Source: an uncultured virus (IMG/VR IMGVR_UViG_3300020050_017898)
Lineage: Duplodnaviria; Heunggongvirae; Uroviricota; Caudoviricetes
Direction: 5' to 3' (one strand)
DNA length: 20,000 nt
IMG/VR virus record: IMGVR_UViG_3300020050_017898
Shown here: positions 8,273-17,854 of the stretch, in pieces
How the letters are laid out: the number at the start of each line of letters is the position of its first letter
Numbering within the stretch: position 1 is the first letter of the stretch
Notes under the pieces: generated by a model
The model's database searches: none
Told to the model about the DNA's origin: nothing
What the model saw: only the letters and a program-made list of their open reading frames with translations
Translations under genes and position numbers: made by a program

Positions 8273-9985
8273 TTACTTTCTTAGATCAAACATTAATCTA
8301 ATACAAGTTGGATATCTATTATCTTTTTTACTTAGTTTGGGCAAAACTTCTTGAATAAGAGAGGCTGCTTTTGTTAATTGATTAGAATCAATCAAACTAT
8401 TAACATTAATTAATAAATCTTCATAAGAAGACTTTTTCTTTAAACCTTCTAGTTGTGCATCAATATTAGCTTTGATTGTATCAAGATTCTTTTTAAATCC
8501 TTCTGGTAAATTTTTGTTTCCAACTAAAGCATTTAAATTACTACTTAACCCAAAAGTAATTAATTTTCTAAAATTAAGTAATTCTTCTGGAGTATTAAAA
8601 GTTGGGGGAGCTACAATAGTAGCTTTGGCTATGGTTGGTTCGGCTTTAGCTAGGAAATTTTCGAGAGCAATCTTATATTTATCAGATTTTTTATCTTTAC
8701 CATTTACTTCTTTTTTAAAAGAATTGAAATCTTCAATAACAGCAGATAAAATCCTTTGTAAATCCTCATTAGAAGACTCGGCTGGTTTCAAATTTTCTAT
8801 TGGTTTGGCTTTAGGAGGTTCTGGGGTGCTATTTAGTCCCATCATATCTTCTATACTAGCCAGGAAATCATCATCTAATTCTTCTTTATCTGGCTCAACC
8901 TTCTTTTTTGGAGGTTCGGGAGCACTATCAATTTTAAGATTCATATCTTTAAGAAAGTCTAGGTTATTTTTCTTTTTCTTGGGAGCTTCCTTAACAGGTT
9001 CTTTAACTATTTCTTCTTCCAAAGCTTCAATTGGAACATCTTTGCTTATTAGTGGTTCACTAACAGGAATTTTTGTTTTCTCTGACTTAACTAGTTCAAT
9101 AGGTTTATCTGAAATTTCAATTTTTTCTTCTACTTTTTTAGTTTCTTCTTTTAGATTCCAAACTAAGTCCTGAACAGATAAAACAGACAAAGGAATTTCT
9201 TTTATTGGCTCAGCTTTTATTTCTTCTTTGACAATAACCTTTTCTATTGCTTTAGCTGCTACTGGTGGTAAAATTTCTTTTACGAATGGTTTAAAGTCAG
9301 AATTCAAAAAAGATTCTATTTTATTTTGAAGAGCCTGGATTTTGCTGGCGCACTCTTTGCTATGAGCAGCATAACTCATTACATCATATTTTTTTAAATC
9401 ATTTGATAATACATCAAAAACACCTAACACTTCTTTTAATCCTGTTTCAGTAGCATCAAGAGTAGTTTTAGTATTTTGAATTATAGGATTTTGTTCTGTA
9501 AATAATTTTTTCCAACGATCTTTATTAATTAAATTATAAAGCTTAGATGAATTTAGTAAATCAAATAATCCAGCAGTTTTAATCATCCCTAAATTAATAT
9601 TTGAACGAAGATCTTCTAGGTCTCCACCCTGCTCTTTGAATTTATTTTTAGCAAAATCTTCAAATTTGAGATTACCTAATTGTTGAGTAATAACATTTTG
9701 ATATTCAAATGTTTTCGATAAAATAGACATAATGCTAACTAGCTCTAATCCACTTTTTAGATAATTATCTTTTTCATAAGCTGCTTTAGATGAAGATAAA
9801 GTTTTAGTAATTGATTTGTTGTTTAATCCAGTAATCAAACACATTCTAGATTTCTCATCAATATCAGAAATTATTTCAAATAATTCTTTTTGCTGAGGAT
9901 CAAGTTTATTGCTTAACTTGCCTTTTAGATTTAACGCTTGATAGATTTTATCTAGAGTTTTACGTTCTTGGGCTTGTTTTTTCAT
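8273..9985 (-). CDS. Large helical hypothetical protein (570 aa), paralog of 9982..11436
   Basis: Start revised to ATG 9985 (MKKQAQER; AGGA SD, ATGA overlap). N-terminal ~240 aa aligns by eye to the upstream gene; central P/E/K-rich linker. Confidence 0.85.
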   Translation of the reverse strand: MKKQAQERKTLDKIYQALNLKGKLSNKLDPQQKELFEIISDIDEKSRMCLITGLNNKSITKTLSSSKAAYEKDNYLKSGLELVSIMSILSKTFEYQNVITQQLGNLKFEDFAKNKFKEQGGDLEDLRSNINLGMIKTAGLFDLLNSSKLYNLINKDRWKKLFTEQNPIIQNTKTTLDATETGLKEVLGVFDVLSNDLKKYDVMSYAAHSKECASKIQALQNKIESFLNSDFKPFVKEILPPVAAKAIEKVIVKEEIKAEPIKEIPLSVLSVQDLVWNLKEETKKVEEKIEISDKPIELVKSEKTKIPVSEPLISKDVPIEALEEEIVKEPVKEAPKKKKNNLDFLKDMNLKIDSAPEPPKKKVEPDKEELDDDFLASIEDMMGLNSTPEPPKAKPIENLKPAESSNEDLQRILSAVIEDFNSFKKEVNGKDKKSDKYKIALENFLAKAEPTIAKATIVAPPTFNTPEELLNFRKLITFGLSSNLNALVGNKNLPEGFKKNLDTIKANIDAQLEGLKKKSSYEDLLINVNSLIDSNQLTKAASLIQEVLPKLSKKDNRYPTCIRLMFDLRK

Positions 9986-11436
9986 TTTAAATCCTGGAGG
10001 CGCTCTTTGAAGCAATTAAGAATGAATAATTTCTTTTTATCAGAATCCTGAACTAAACTCATTTCATTATCAATAATTTTCATGGCTTGAGCTATTTTCC
10101 CTGATTCAATAAAATTATTTATTTTATCAGAAATTTCTATGTTTCTAATATGAGAAAAACTAATACTTGCAGTAGATGATTTTGTTCCAATAAAATTGCT
10201 TAGTAAAACTTTGCGAATTTTTTCTAATTTAGTTTGGACAATTTTACTAGTTTTAGTTTTGACACTATCAATTTGAGTAATTAAAATTTGTAATTTATCT
10301 GTTGGTATTTTCTTTATAACTGACTCTGATTGAAAACCTAAGAAGATAAAAAAATCAGCTGGTAAATTGCTAGTAATTTTTGAACTAACAGAGTTATTAA
10401 TTATTTGATTTAAAGTATCAGTAAAAACCTCATCTTTTTCTGCTTTGATTTTTTTGATATTATCTAATATTATTTTTAAACCTTCAGTGCTTTCATCTCT
10501 ATCATTTGATAAATGTTTTTTAATAGCAGAATTAATAAAAGCCAAATCTTCATAATTTAGATTTTTAAATTCTGAAGTCTTAACCATCAAAAGGTTTTTA
10601 AAGAAATCTGGTCCTAGTTTTTCTTTATCAATAAGTAACTGTGATAATGGATTGCCAACGGCGTTATTATCTTGACGTAACTTGTTTAATAATGGTTCAA
10701 AATAAAGATCCATATACGTTTTAAATTTAACTACATAATCACTGATTTTTTTGGATAATCCAGCTGATAATTTATAATAATCACTTAAATCTGTAGAAGC
10801 TAGATGACCAGCCATTTCATCAAATGTATCAATAACGGTTTTGCCAACACTTTGTAAATCTGCCACAATTTCTTTAGTGGCTTTAATTAGTGGGGTAGAA
10901 GAAGTAAACATTTTCTTCCAAAGATTAAAATTAGTAGCTCCGTAAGAAAAATCACCTAGATTTTGTTTAATATTAAAAAACCAATCACTAATACCAGCTT
11001 CTTTAATTAGTTCGGCTTGAAACCCAGCAGAAGTCATTCTTAATGTTTGCAATGCTTTATCTAGATCTTCGTTGGTACCACCAGATTCTTCGAATTTTGA
11101 CTTAGTTACTTCAGGAAAACTTCCTGCCAACGACATGTTAGCTTTATCCAAATAAGCTTTACTGTCAATAAGCATTTTAGTAGCATCGATGATATTAATA
11201 CCACAAGCTAAATAATTATCACGATTAAAGAAACTTTGAGACATTCTAGCTTTTCTAACAAAACTAGAATCTTTATTCTGCCCGGTTAAAGCAGCTCTGG
11301 CTAAATCATCGCATTTCTCTGTGTTTTCCATTAATTCTCGATAATTTTTATCAAGCTTTGATGATAGCCACTTATGAGGATTATATTTGGTATTTAATTT
11401 ATTGATCAGAGAACGTTGTTGGGCGATTTTTTTCAT
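9982..11436 (-). CDS. Large helical hypothetical protein (484 aa), paralog of 8273..9985
   Basis: Long ORF with AAGGT SD, directly after the portal. Confidence 0.85.
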   Translation of the reverse strand: MKKIAQQRSLINKLNTKYNPHKWLSSKLDKNYRELMENTEKCDDLARAALTGQNKDSSFVRKARMSQSFFNRDNYLACGINIIDATKMLIDSKAYLDKANMSLAGSFPEVTKSKFEESGGTNEDLDKALQTLRMTSAGFQAELIKEAGISDWFFNIKQNLGDFSYGATNFNLWKKMFTSSTPLIKATKEIVADLQSVGKTVIDTFDEMAGHLASTDLSDYYKLSAGLSKKISDYVVKFKTYMDLYFEPLLNKLRQDNNAVGNPLSQLLIDKEKLGPDFFKNLLMVKTSEFKNLNYEDLAFINSAIKKHLSNDRDESTEGLKIILDNIKKIKAEKDEVFTDTLNQIINNSVSSKITSNLPADFFIFLGFQSESVIKKIPTDKLQILITQIDSVKTKTSKIVQTKLEKIRKVLLSNFIGTKSSTASISFSHIRNIEISDKINNFIESGKIAQAMKIIDNEMSLVQDSDKKKLFILNCFKERLQDLK

Positions 11437-11483
11437 CAGTAACCTTGAATAACTGGTAGCACAGGTAAATGTTTTTTTATTGG

Positions 11484-13202
11484 TTAAGCCGGCAATTCTG
11501 GTAAATCGGGAAGAGCATCAGTAGGCTTTTCATCTCCACCTGATCCTGGCATCTCCATTCCAGGAAGCGCCATGTCATCTTCTGGATTACTTTCTCCACC
11601 ATCTGCATTTTCATCTGGTTCAGCTGGCTGTTTGATTTCATCATCATCACTAATAGCTCTAAGTGTATTGAGATCCATTCCTGCCAAAGCTTCTTTTTCT
11701 TTTTTCAGAATTTCTGCATCAATATTTTCCCTACGAATCCGACGAATTTCTTCTTCATAGTTTAATCCCATACTACGATGAAGAGATTGAATTGAAGCGC
11801 GTTTATCATCACCATTAGCAGAAAGAGTAACTAAGTTATTAATATACTCACTGGTATCGAAAAGTGACATATAATTCCAATCAACTTCAGGAATAATATA
11901 CTTTTTCTTACCATTTTCTATTTCATAGAAATTATTAATTTCAGCTATTGGCAAAAATACTTTGGTCTTTAACCAATTAGCCATTAAATTTCTAAAGAAT
12001 TCATAACGCTGACGGACTAAATCTAAAGCGACACCAGCATTAGCATAAGTTGTATCAGCACCACCATCCATTAAAGCAGAAGGTACTTGTAAACCAATAT
12101 AAATTTCTTTAATTAGTTGAGTAATATCGGCAGCAGTATCATAAATTCCAGATCCAGAGCCAACTTTTTCGATTTTCATACTATCACTAGTAATGATCTT
12201 CATATCTTTGTTATTTTGAGCACTTTCAAAAAGCACACGATGTTGTTCTAGTACTGCCGGATCAGGTTTTAGACCATCAGCACTTCCAACGGTAATAACT
12301 GTAACAGGATTAACCATACTCGCAGCTTGATAATATTTTGATTCACGTAATTGATCAAATAACATTAGTTGACGAAATATAGTAACTGGTAAACCAGTTC
12401 CACGTAACTCTTGAGGAGAATTCTTTCGAGCAAGAAAAGACATTTCAAAGCTTTCCATTGGAATATTTCCACCTCTTTTTACAGATTCCACAATAAAAGG
12501 TGCGAATTGTTTTCTTAATTCAATATCTTTAGGATTATTTGAAGAACAAATCTTTTTAAGATGCTCATCTGGTTTCATGAAAATTTGCGGATTATCAGGA
12601 TTAATTCCAGGTAAAACGACCATAAAATCAGGATTCTGTAACGTTATTCTAGACCATCGTCCACGATGCTTATCAAATTCATTATAAATGAAAACCTCAC
12701 CTAATAAATAATATTGTTGTGCAATTTGTATGCAAACATTTTCTAGGTTAATTTCTTCAATCATTTCATTAAAGAAACTTTCTACTTCTTTGTTTTTACA
12801 TTTAATATTTAATTTGCTTATAGGATAAGTAGAGTGCAAGCTAATAGCATTTTGAACAAATGGATTCATAGCATAGAATAATCTACACCAAGCATTAATA
12901 GTTGGACGATCTCTAGGAAGACTCATATTACTATTCAACCAGAGTGGTGAATAGATTTCTGGAGACTGCATTAAGGTGTCGCCAGAGCCTTTATAAGCTG
13001 AATTAGCTACTACTTGAGCATTCTTTACTAGTGGGGTTTTAGCACTTACAGCAGTGATAGAATGTTTTTCTTGACGTTCAGCTGAGAGTTGTTCTTTCCT
13101 GTGATCAGAAAGACCAGCCATCTTGCCTCTAAAATTTTCCTGAGGGTTAGATCCTGTTTTATAAATATTATTATAAATGTGTTCGTGTCTTGTTTTCGTC
13201 AT
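11484..13202 (-). CDS. Phage portal protein
   Basis: Immediately follows the terminase; portal-like segments YLLGEVF, ITLQNPDFM, RGTGL...RQLMLFDQLRE...VTVITVG, IYIGLQVPSALM, TYANA, SLHRSMGLNYEEEIRRI; acidic tail. Confidence 0.85.
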   Translation of the reverse strand: MTKTRHEHIYNNIYKTGSNPQENFRGKMAGLSDHRKEQLSAERQEKHSITAVSAKTPLVKNAQVVANSAYKGSGDTLMQSPEIYSPLWLNSNMSLPRDRPTINAWCRLFYAMNPFVQNAISLHSTYPISKLNIKCKNKEVESFFNEMIEEINLENVCIQIAQQYYLLGEVFIYNEFDKHRGRWSRITLQNPDFMVVLPGINPDNPQIFMKPDEHLKKICSSNNPKDIELRKQFAPFIVESVKRGGNIPMESFEMSFLARKNSPQELRGTGLPVTIFRQLMLFDQLRESKYYQAASMVNPVTVITVGSADGLKPDPAVLEQHRVLFESAQNNKDMKIITSDSMKIEKVGSGSGIYDTAADITQLIKEIYIGLQVPSALMDGGADTTYANAGVALDLVRQRYEFFRNLMANWLKTKVFLPIAEINNFYEIENGKKKYIIPEVDWNYMSLFDTSEYINNLVTLSANGDDKRASIQSLHRSMGLNYEEEIRRIRRENIDAEILKKEKEALAGMDLNTLRAISDDDEIKQPAEPDENADGGESNPEDDMALPGMEMPGSGGDEKPTDALPDLPELPA

Positions 13203-13221
13203 CTCGCTAAATATATCCCTG

Positions 13222-15087
13222 TTAAATCATCTTGTTCATATAAACTGGCAAAACCGATGACTGCTTAATTTTAGAAAATTTGTTGTCTAGTTTTTTAGGA
13301 TCTAGTTCTTTAAATCCTTTGGTCAATAAATATCTACCAGCCAAATAAGCATTTAACATTGCAGTAAAACCATCATTAATTCCTGATTTTACATACATAG
13401 CTTTAGGCTCATTATTTCTGCTTATAGAGACCTTTAATTCCATATTAGTACAATGATGCAGCAACCAAGAAATACTATCATAAGACTTGATGGGCATTCG
13501 TACATGACCAGTTTTTAATTTGTTAATCAATTCACTATAATAATATTCTTTTTCAAATTGAATTTCATTTGGAAAAGTTTGTACCATTCTGATATTACCA
13601 ACGCTATTAATTTTTGGTTGAGCTCTGGAAACCATATATTTATCTCCATGCTCTTTATAAAGTAATTCGCTAATATCTTGACTGAAACCAATATCTCCCA
13701 CACATAGGTTAACAGAATACTTTTGCATTAATTCTGCAATTAAGTCTTTTTTATACATTAAATCATTTTTTGGAAACTTAATAGCAAATTGAACACTAGA
13801 TAACTGATTATTTTCCATTACCATTACAACAGCAGTTGTATAAGAAGATCCAGTACTGTTAGCCTTAGTTTTCTCTGCTAACTGTTCCATGTCATTTTTT
13901 AAACCAAAGTCAATTCCCATTACTACAACTTTATTTTCTTGTGGTTTAATGTATCCCGTAAAAGCTCGATCTTTATCTCCACAAGCTTCAACAATTTCTT
14001 GAATATCTAACGGAGCATTTTCTCCATGATAAAATTCACCTAGTACCTCATTTTGAAATGAACGTTCGGTAGCACTAATATTATTTTCAGGTTTTTCACC
14101 CAAAATCTTTTCTTTAGAAAAAGCAGGATGGAAAAATTGATTAATATGAAATCCTACATATTTATAATCTTTTTCATCTTTAATTGTAGCAATCCATTTA
14201 CCTTCTTCAGCAGCAGCAAGTTTGTCTTGTTCATGACCACAATTAGTACATTTAACAGTAAATTCTTTAATCCAGATTTTGTCCCAATCATCACTGTTAG
14301 GAGTATAAAGAGGAAAATATTCTTTGCATTTCAAACAACCAAGATAATAATATTGTTGATTGCTATTTAACCAAAGATTATGATAATGAGATCCTTTTTT
14401 CTTAGGAGTTCCTAAATAAACTTGGACACCATTGCCTTTACTACCATACTTAGCAGCAGAAAGAATCTTAGTAGTATTATTAATAGCTTCTCTTAGATGG
14501 TCCTGAACTTCATCAAAAAATACAATATCAGCAGTTCTACCGCGAATTCTATCGCCCTCTTTACCTGGACTATCTATAAAAATCTGATTACCACCATGAA
14601 ATTGTTTAAAGTGAAGACTATTGTTTGTATCTTGTGATGTATCTAAAGCAATCTCTAAAATAGATTTTGGCTTGCCTTTTTTATCTTTTACATCTGAGGA
14701 TTTAGATCCACTAATGATGGGTTGAAGTTTAGTTTTAGTATAAATACCTGCCATTTCTAAAGTAGGAAAAGCATGAAGTATCCTGGCTGGATAACTATTT
14801 TCTCCACCATATAAGCCACAACCACAAAAGTAACATTCTAAGATAGCTGCCATGGTAGTTTTGCCTACCTGACGACCAGAAACCACTACTACTGGTTTAC
14901 TGTTTTGTTCTAATAATTTAATTCCAATGTAACGATAGATATCAGCAAAAGGCTTATAACCTCCACCATGAAGAGAGAAGTTATCTCCATCTAGTGTGAG
15001 GTTATTTTCAGCCCAGTAAACTGGATCCATATTAAGAACTTTTTCTTTTAGGTCCTTAAAATAATCTGCTTCATCTTTTTTGCTCAT
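13222..15087 (-). CDS. terL: Terminase large subunit, GpA-like
   Basis: Walker A SGRQVGKTT, HAFPT, IRG..ADIVFFDEVQD Walker B, GTP coupling motif, CLKC...CTNC zinc ribbon, GFHINQF, FQNEVLGE, nuclease GIDFG; TAAGGT SD. Confidence 0.95.
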   Translation of the reverse strand: MSKKDEADYFKDLKEKVLNMDPVYWAENNLTLDGDNFSLHGGGYKPFADIYRYIGIKLLEQNSKPVVVVSGRQVGKTTMAAILECYFCGCGLYGGENSYPARILHAFPTLEMAGIYTKTKLQPIISGSKSSDVKDKKGKPKSILEIALDTSQDTNNSLHFKQFHGGNQIFIDSPGKEGDRIRGRTADIVFFDEVQDHLREAINNTTKILSAAKYGSKGNGVQVYLGTPKKKGSHYHNLWLNSNQQYYYLGCLKCKEYFPLYTPNSDDWDKIWIKEFTVKCTNCGHEQDKLAAAEEGKWIATIKDEKDYKYVGFHINQFFHPAFSKEKILGEKPENNISATERSFQNEVLGEFYHGENAPLDIQEIVEACGDKDRAFTGYIKPQENKVVVMGIDFGLKNDMEQLAEKTKANSTGSSYTTAVVMVMENNQLSSVQFAIKFPKNDLMYKKDLIAELMQKYSVNLCVGDIGFSQDISELLYKEHGDKYMVSRAQPKINSVGNIRMVQTFPNEIQFEKEYYYSELINKLKTGHVRMPIKSYDSISWLLHHCTNMELKVSISRNNEPKAMYVKSGINDGFTAMLNAYLAGRYLLTKGFKELDPKKLDNKFSKIKQSSVLPVYMNKMI

Positions 15088-15141
15088 ACCTTATTGCAAT
15101 TCTTTTAACTGATAAAAGCATAAAACAGCATTAAATATTAA

Positions 15142-15717
15142 TTATTTACCTTCTAATCCAGCAAAAACATCATCAGAAGCATTCTCTACGTCTGAATTAT
15201 TATAATCTATCTTTCCTAGATTATGACTTTGGTCATTACCATAATTTACTTTACATTCAAGATTTGATTTGGCAATATAACTAAGAAAATTAGTATCAGT
15301 CCATAAAGTATCATCAGCTACTTCACTATTATGAATGTTTTTGACTTTATTTAAAATAGCTGGAATAGGAAGCAATCCATGGCTAGAGCTACAAATATTA
15401 TCAATTGTATTTTTTACTGATGGACAAACTTCAAAAATTTTGATAGCATTCTTGTTTTCTGATTTTTCAACAGGTGAGTTGGCATGAGAAACTTTAATAG
15501 TTTTTTTAAATTTATCAAAACCACTACGAGAAATCATGTCTTCTACTTTTTCAGCCACTGATTTAAACTTTTTCTTTTGACTGTTATTGACGATATTATT
15601 AATTTTCTCAGTAATATCAACTGATTGAACAGCTTGCTTTTCTAAATTAGAAAGTGCTTCTGCCCAAAGTTTATCTGTAATGGCTTGATCTTGATTTGTA
15701 TAAAAGCTTTTTTTCAT
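15142..15717 (-). CDS. Hypothetical protein (191 aa)
   Basis: TAATG coupling with the upstream gene; no family motif recognised; contains LEKQA. Confidence 0.8.
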   Translation of the reverse strand: MKKSFYTNQDQAITDKLWAEALSNLEKQAVQSVDITEKINNIVNNSQKKKFKSVAEKVEDMISRSGFDKFKKTIKVSHANSPVEKSENKNAIKIFEVCPSVKNTIDNICSSSHGLLPIPAILNKVKNIHNSEVADDTLWTDTNFLSYIAKSNLECKVNYGNDQSHNLGKIDYNNSDVENASDDVFAGLEGK

Positions 15718-16586
15718 TATCCGCGATCTCCGTAGTTAGCTAACCAATCACCATTCTCAGTTGAAGTAGGATCAACTTCTTCTCCTACCCAACTCAGTCT
15801 ATCAAAACGAATCGGGAAGCCCATATCAAAGATTAATTGACGAACTTCGTACTTTTCACGTTCAGTTAATTCAAATTTTTCTGAACATTTCTTAAATAAA
15901 TCTTCGATATCATGACCAGCAGAAACTGTACCATTAACACAAAGTCTTGCCATAGCAGAAATAAAGAGAGGAACGGTAATATAAACTCCTTTAACGCCAG
16001 GAGCTTGCTGAGCTTCTTTAACTAATCCTTCATCAGAATCTTCTGAAGCTTTCTTTTTCTTCTTGCCGCCCTTAGCTTCAATAACATTATCTAAACGTTT
16101 AGAAAGCAATCCAACACCTTTTTCAATTTCTTTGCGAATTTCATCAATTTGCATAGCATCTAGATCACCATCTAAATCAGAATGCATAGCTTTACTAATT
16201 AAACTATCAAGATGTTCCATATAATTAATAGCACGCTCTAACCCCGGACTATCATAGCCAGTATGAGGAGGACATTCACTAATACGTTGTTTAATCCAAG
16301 GAACAAATTCTAGTTTAAGATTAGCTGGAATTTTCCATTTATTAACTGGACCTTCTTCTTTAAGAACTTCTACAACATCATCTTTAGCTTCTAGCTCTTC
16401 TTCTAGCTCAATAACTAAATCTGGGGTTCCCGGCGGAGCTCCCAATAGATCATTAATTTCAATCACCTTAGCTTCAGGCTGATCAACTAGTTCAACATCT
16501 GAAGAATGTTCATCTTCTGAAGTTTCATCAGTAATCTCAGAGACTACTTCTTCCGGCATTTCGAGGACAATTTCGTGGATCGGCAT
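15717..16586 (-). CDS. Hypothetical protein (289 aa) with acidic N-terminus, putative virion protein
   Basis: TAAAGGA SD; two folded-looking blocks separated by KKKKKAS...LVKEAQQ. Confidence 0.85.
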   Translation of the reverse strand: MPIHEIVLEMPEEVVSEITDETSEDEHSSDVELVDQPEAKVIEINDLLGAPPGTPDLVIELEEELEAKDDVVEVLKEEGPVNKWKIPANLKLEFVPWIKQRISECPPHTGYDSPGLERAINYMEHLDSLISKAMHSDLDGDLDAMQIDEIRKEIEKGVGLLSKRLDNVIEAKGGKKKKKASEDSDEGLVKEAQQAPGVKGVYITVPLFISAMARLCVNGTVSAGHDIEDLFKKCSEKFELTEREKYEVRQLIFDMGFPIRFDRLSWVGEEVDPTSTENGDWLANYGDRG

Positions 16587-16590
16587 ATTT

Positions 16591-17100
16591 TTATTCCTTT
16601 AGAATCTCTGAGCTGTTGGGAATACTTCCCACATAGAAATATATATTATTTCCATTATTTTGTGTATTATAGTACTTATTTTCTTCGATGTCGAGGTTAT
16701 CAACAAATTCTTTATCAACTCCAGCACCAGGATCTTCTAGTAGCTGAGGAAAAGGCTCTTCTAGTTCAATATTTATAACTGGCTGTTCATCAGTTAAATC
16801 AAAACTAAAAGTTGGATCACTGATATCTTTTCCATCACTGTCAGGCAATGGAGTTAAATGATCTGCTAAACCATGCATAAAATCACCACTATAATCAATA
16901 TAGTCATAATTATCGGTAAATTCTTGATAGCTAGCCTTAATTTGTTTTAATAATTTTTTACGAAGTTTGCTTTTTTTCTTACGTTTTTTGAACTCTGCTC
17001 TTTGGGCAGCTAAAAAATCACCCACAGAATCATATTTATCCATGTTGGCATAAAGACCCTGACCATAATCATAGTTTTTCTGAACAAATTCAGGTAACAA
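16591..17100 (-). CDS. Hypothetical protein (up to 169 aa) with basic patch and acidic C-terminus
   Basis: ORF fills the gap; the TTG start overlapping the upstream gene is uncertain (alternative ATG at 17043). Confidence 0.7.
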   Translation of the reverse strand: MLPEFVQKNYDYGQGLYANMDKYDSVGDFLAAQRAEFKKRKKKSKLRKKLLKQIKASYQEFTDNYDYIDYSGDFMHGLADHLTPLPDSDGKDISDPTFSFDLTDEQPVINIELEEPFPQLLEDPGAGVDKEFVDNLDIEENKYYNTQNNGNNIYFYVGSIPNSSEILKE

Positions 17101-17854
17101 GAATCAATCTTTTCTTAGCTTCTTCAGCTAGCTCAGGAATATCAGTAGGAATATATTTCCATAAATTCATTTGATCTAGTAATTTAATAGTCTTTATTTT
17201 ATCAAAAGCTACTGACATTTGCAATTTTTCTTTTACACTTTTTTCTGAAGACTCTAACATCAAAGCTGGATTAGCTTGGATACATTTAATAATTTCCGGA
17301 CTAAGTTCTGATCCTAATTTAGTAGCCATATAAATAGCTCTTACTACTCTATTACTACTACCCGTAAAAGTTACTAATGGATCCAAACAAGTATTAATAA
17401 TCTTATTATCTAGATCTTTAATTCCTTGCTTAGTAATATCTATTAGATTTTTAAAATCTAAACTTAATAGTAAACTATTGCAATGAAAATCGCGGCTATA
17501 CATTTCTTGTTCTAAATTAGTTGGTTTATTAATGCCTTTAGCTATAAGTAATTGATCAATATTAGGAGCCAAATAATGACTAGAAAAATCTAGTTTAAAT
17601 TTTCCTATATAAATTGAACTATTACCTTTTTCATGAGTTTTATAAAGAATATTATAAGACTTGTTCAATTCTTGAAACATAAAAAAAGCTAGTCGCTTTA
17701 TGGTCGGGCTTCCATTACTAACATCAAGATCGTTGATGTTTTTTAAATTTCCTAAATAAAAATCTCTAGCCGCCCCACCGCAAACATAAGGTGTCGGAAG
17801 ATTATTCTTAGCAGATACTTCACCAAGAGTATTTAGAAGTTCTTTTATTTTCAT
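17090..17854 (-). CDS. tRNA nucleotidyltransferase (CCA-adding)/poly(A) polymerase family protein, class II, short form
   Basis: YVCGGAARD...DLDV (motif A), SRDFHCNSL (RRDFTINA-like motif B), D...GIKDL..KII (motif C), DP..TF....RVVRA (degenerate motif D); 254 aa, no HD domain. Confidence 0.88.
   Translation of the reverse strand: MKIKELLNTLGEVSAKNNLPTPYVCGGAARDFYLGNLKNINDLDVSNGSPTIKRLAFFMFQELNKSYNILYKTHEKGNSSIYIGKFKLDFSSHYLAPNIDQLLIAKGINKPTNLEQEMYSRDFHCNSLLLSLDFKNLIDITKQGIKDLDNKIINTCLDPLVTFTGSSNRVVRAIYMATKLGSELSPEIIKCIQANPALMLESSEKSVKEKLQMSVAFDKIKTIKLLDQMNLWKYIPTDIPELAEEAKKRLILVT

Noticed and set aside
11437..15141. Shared late-promoter motif in the short intergenic gaps (11437-11483, 15088-15141)
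   Set aside because: AT-rich, but I could not find a convincing common motif by eye.
15142..15717. Terminase small subunit call based on position upstream of terL
   Set aside because: No recognisable HTH or TerS features; position alone is insufficient.
17085..17105. Programmed frameshift fusing the nucleotidyltransferase to 16591..17100
   Set aside because: No canonical slippery heptamer in the short overlap; a coupled TTG start is simpler.
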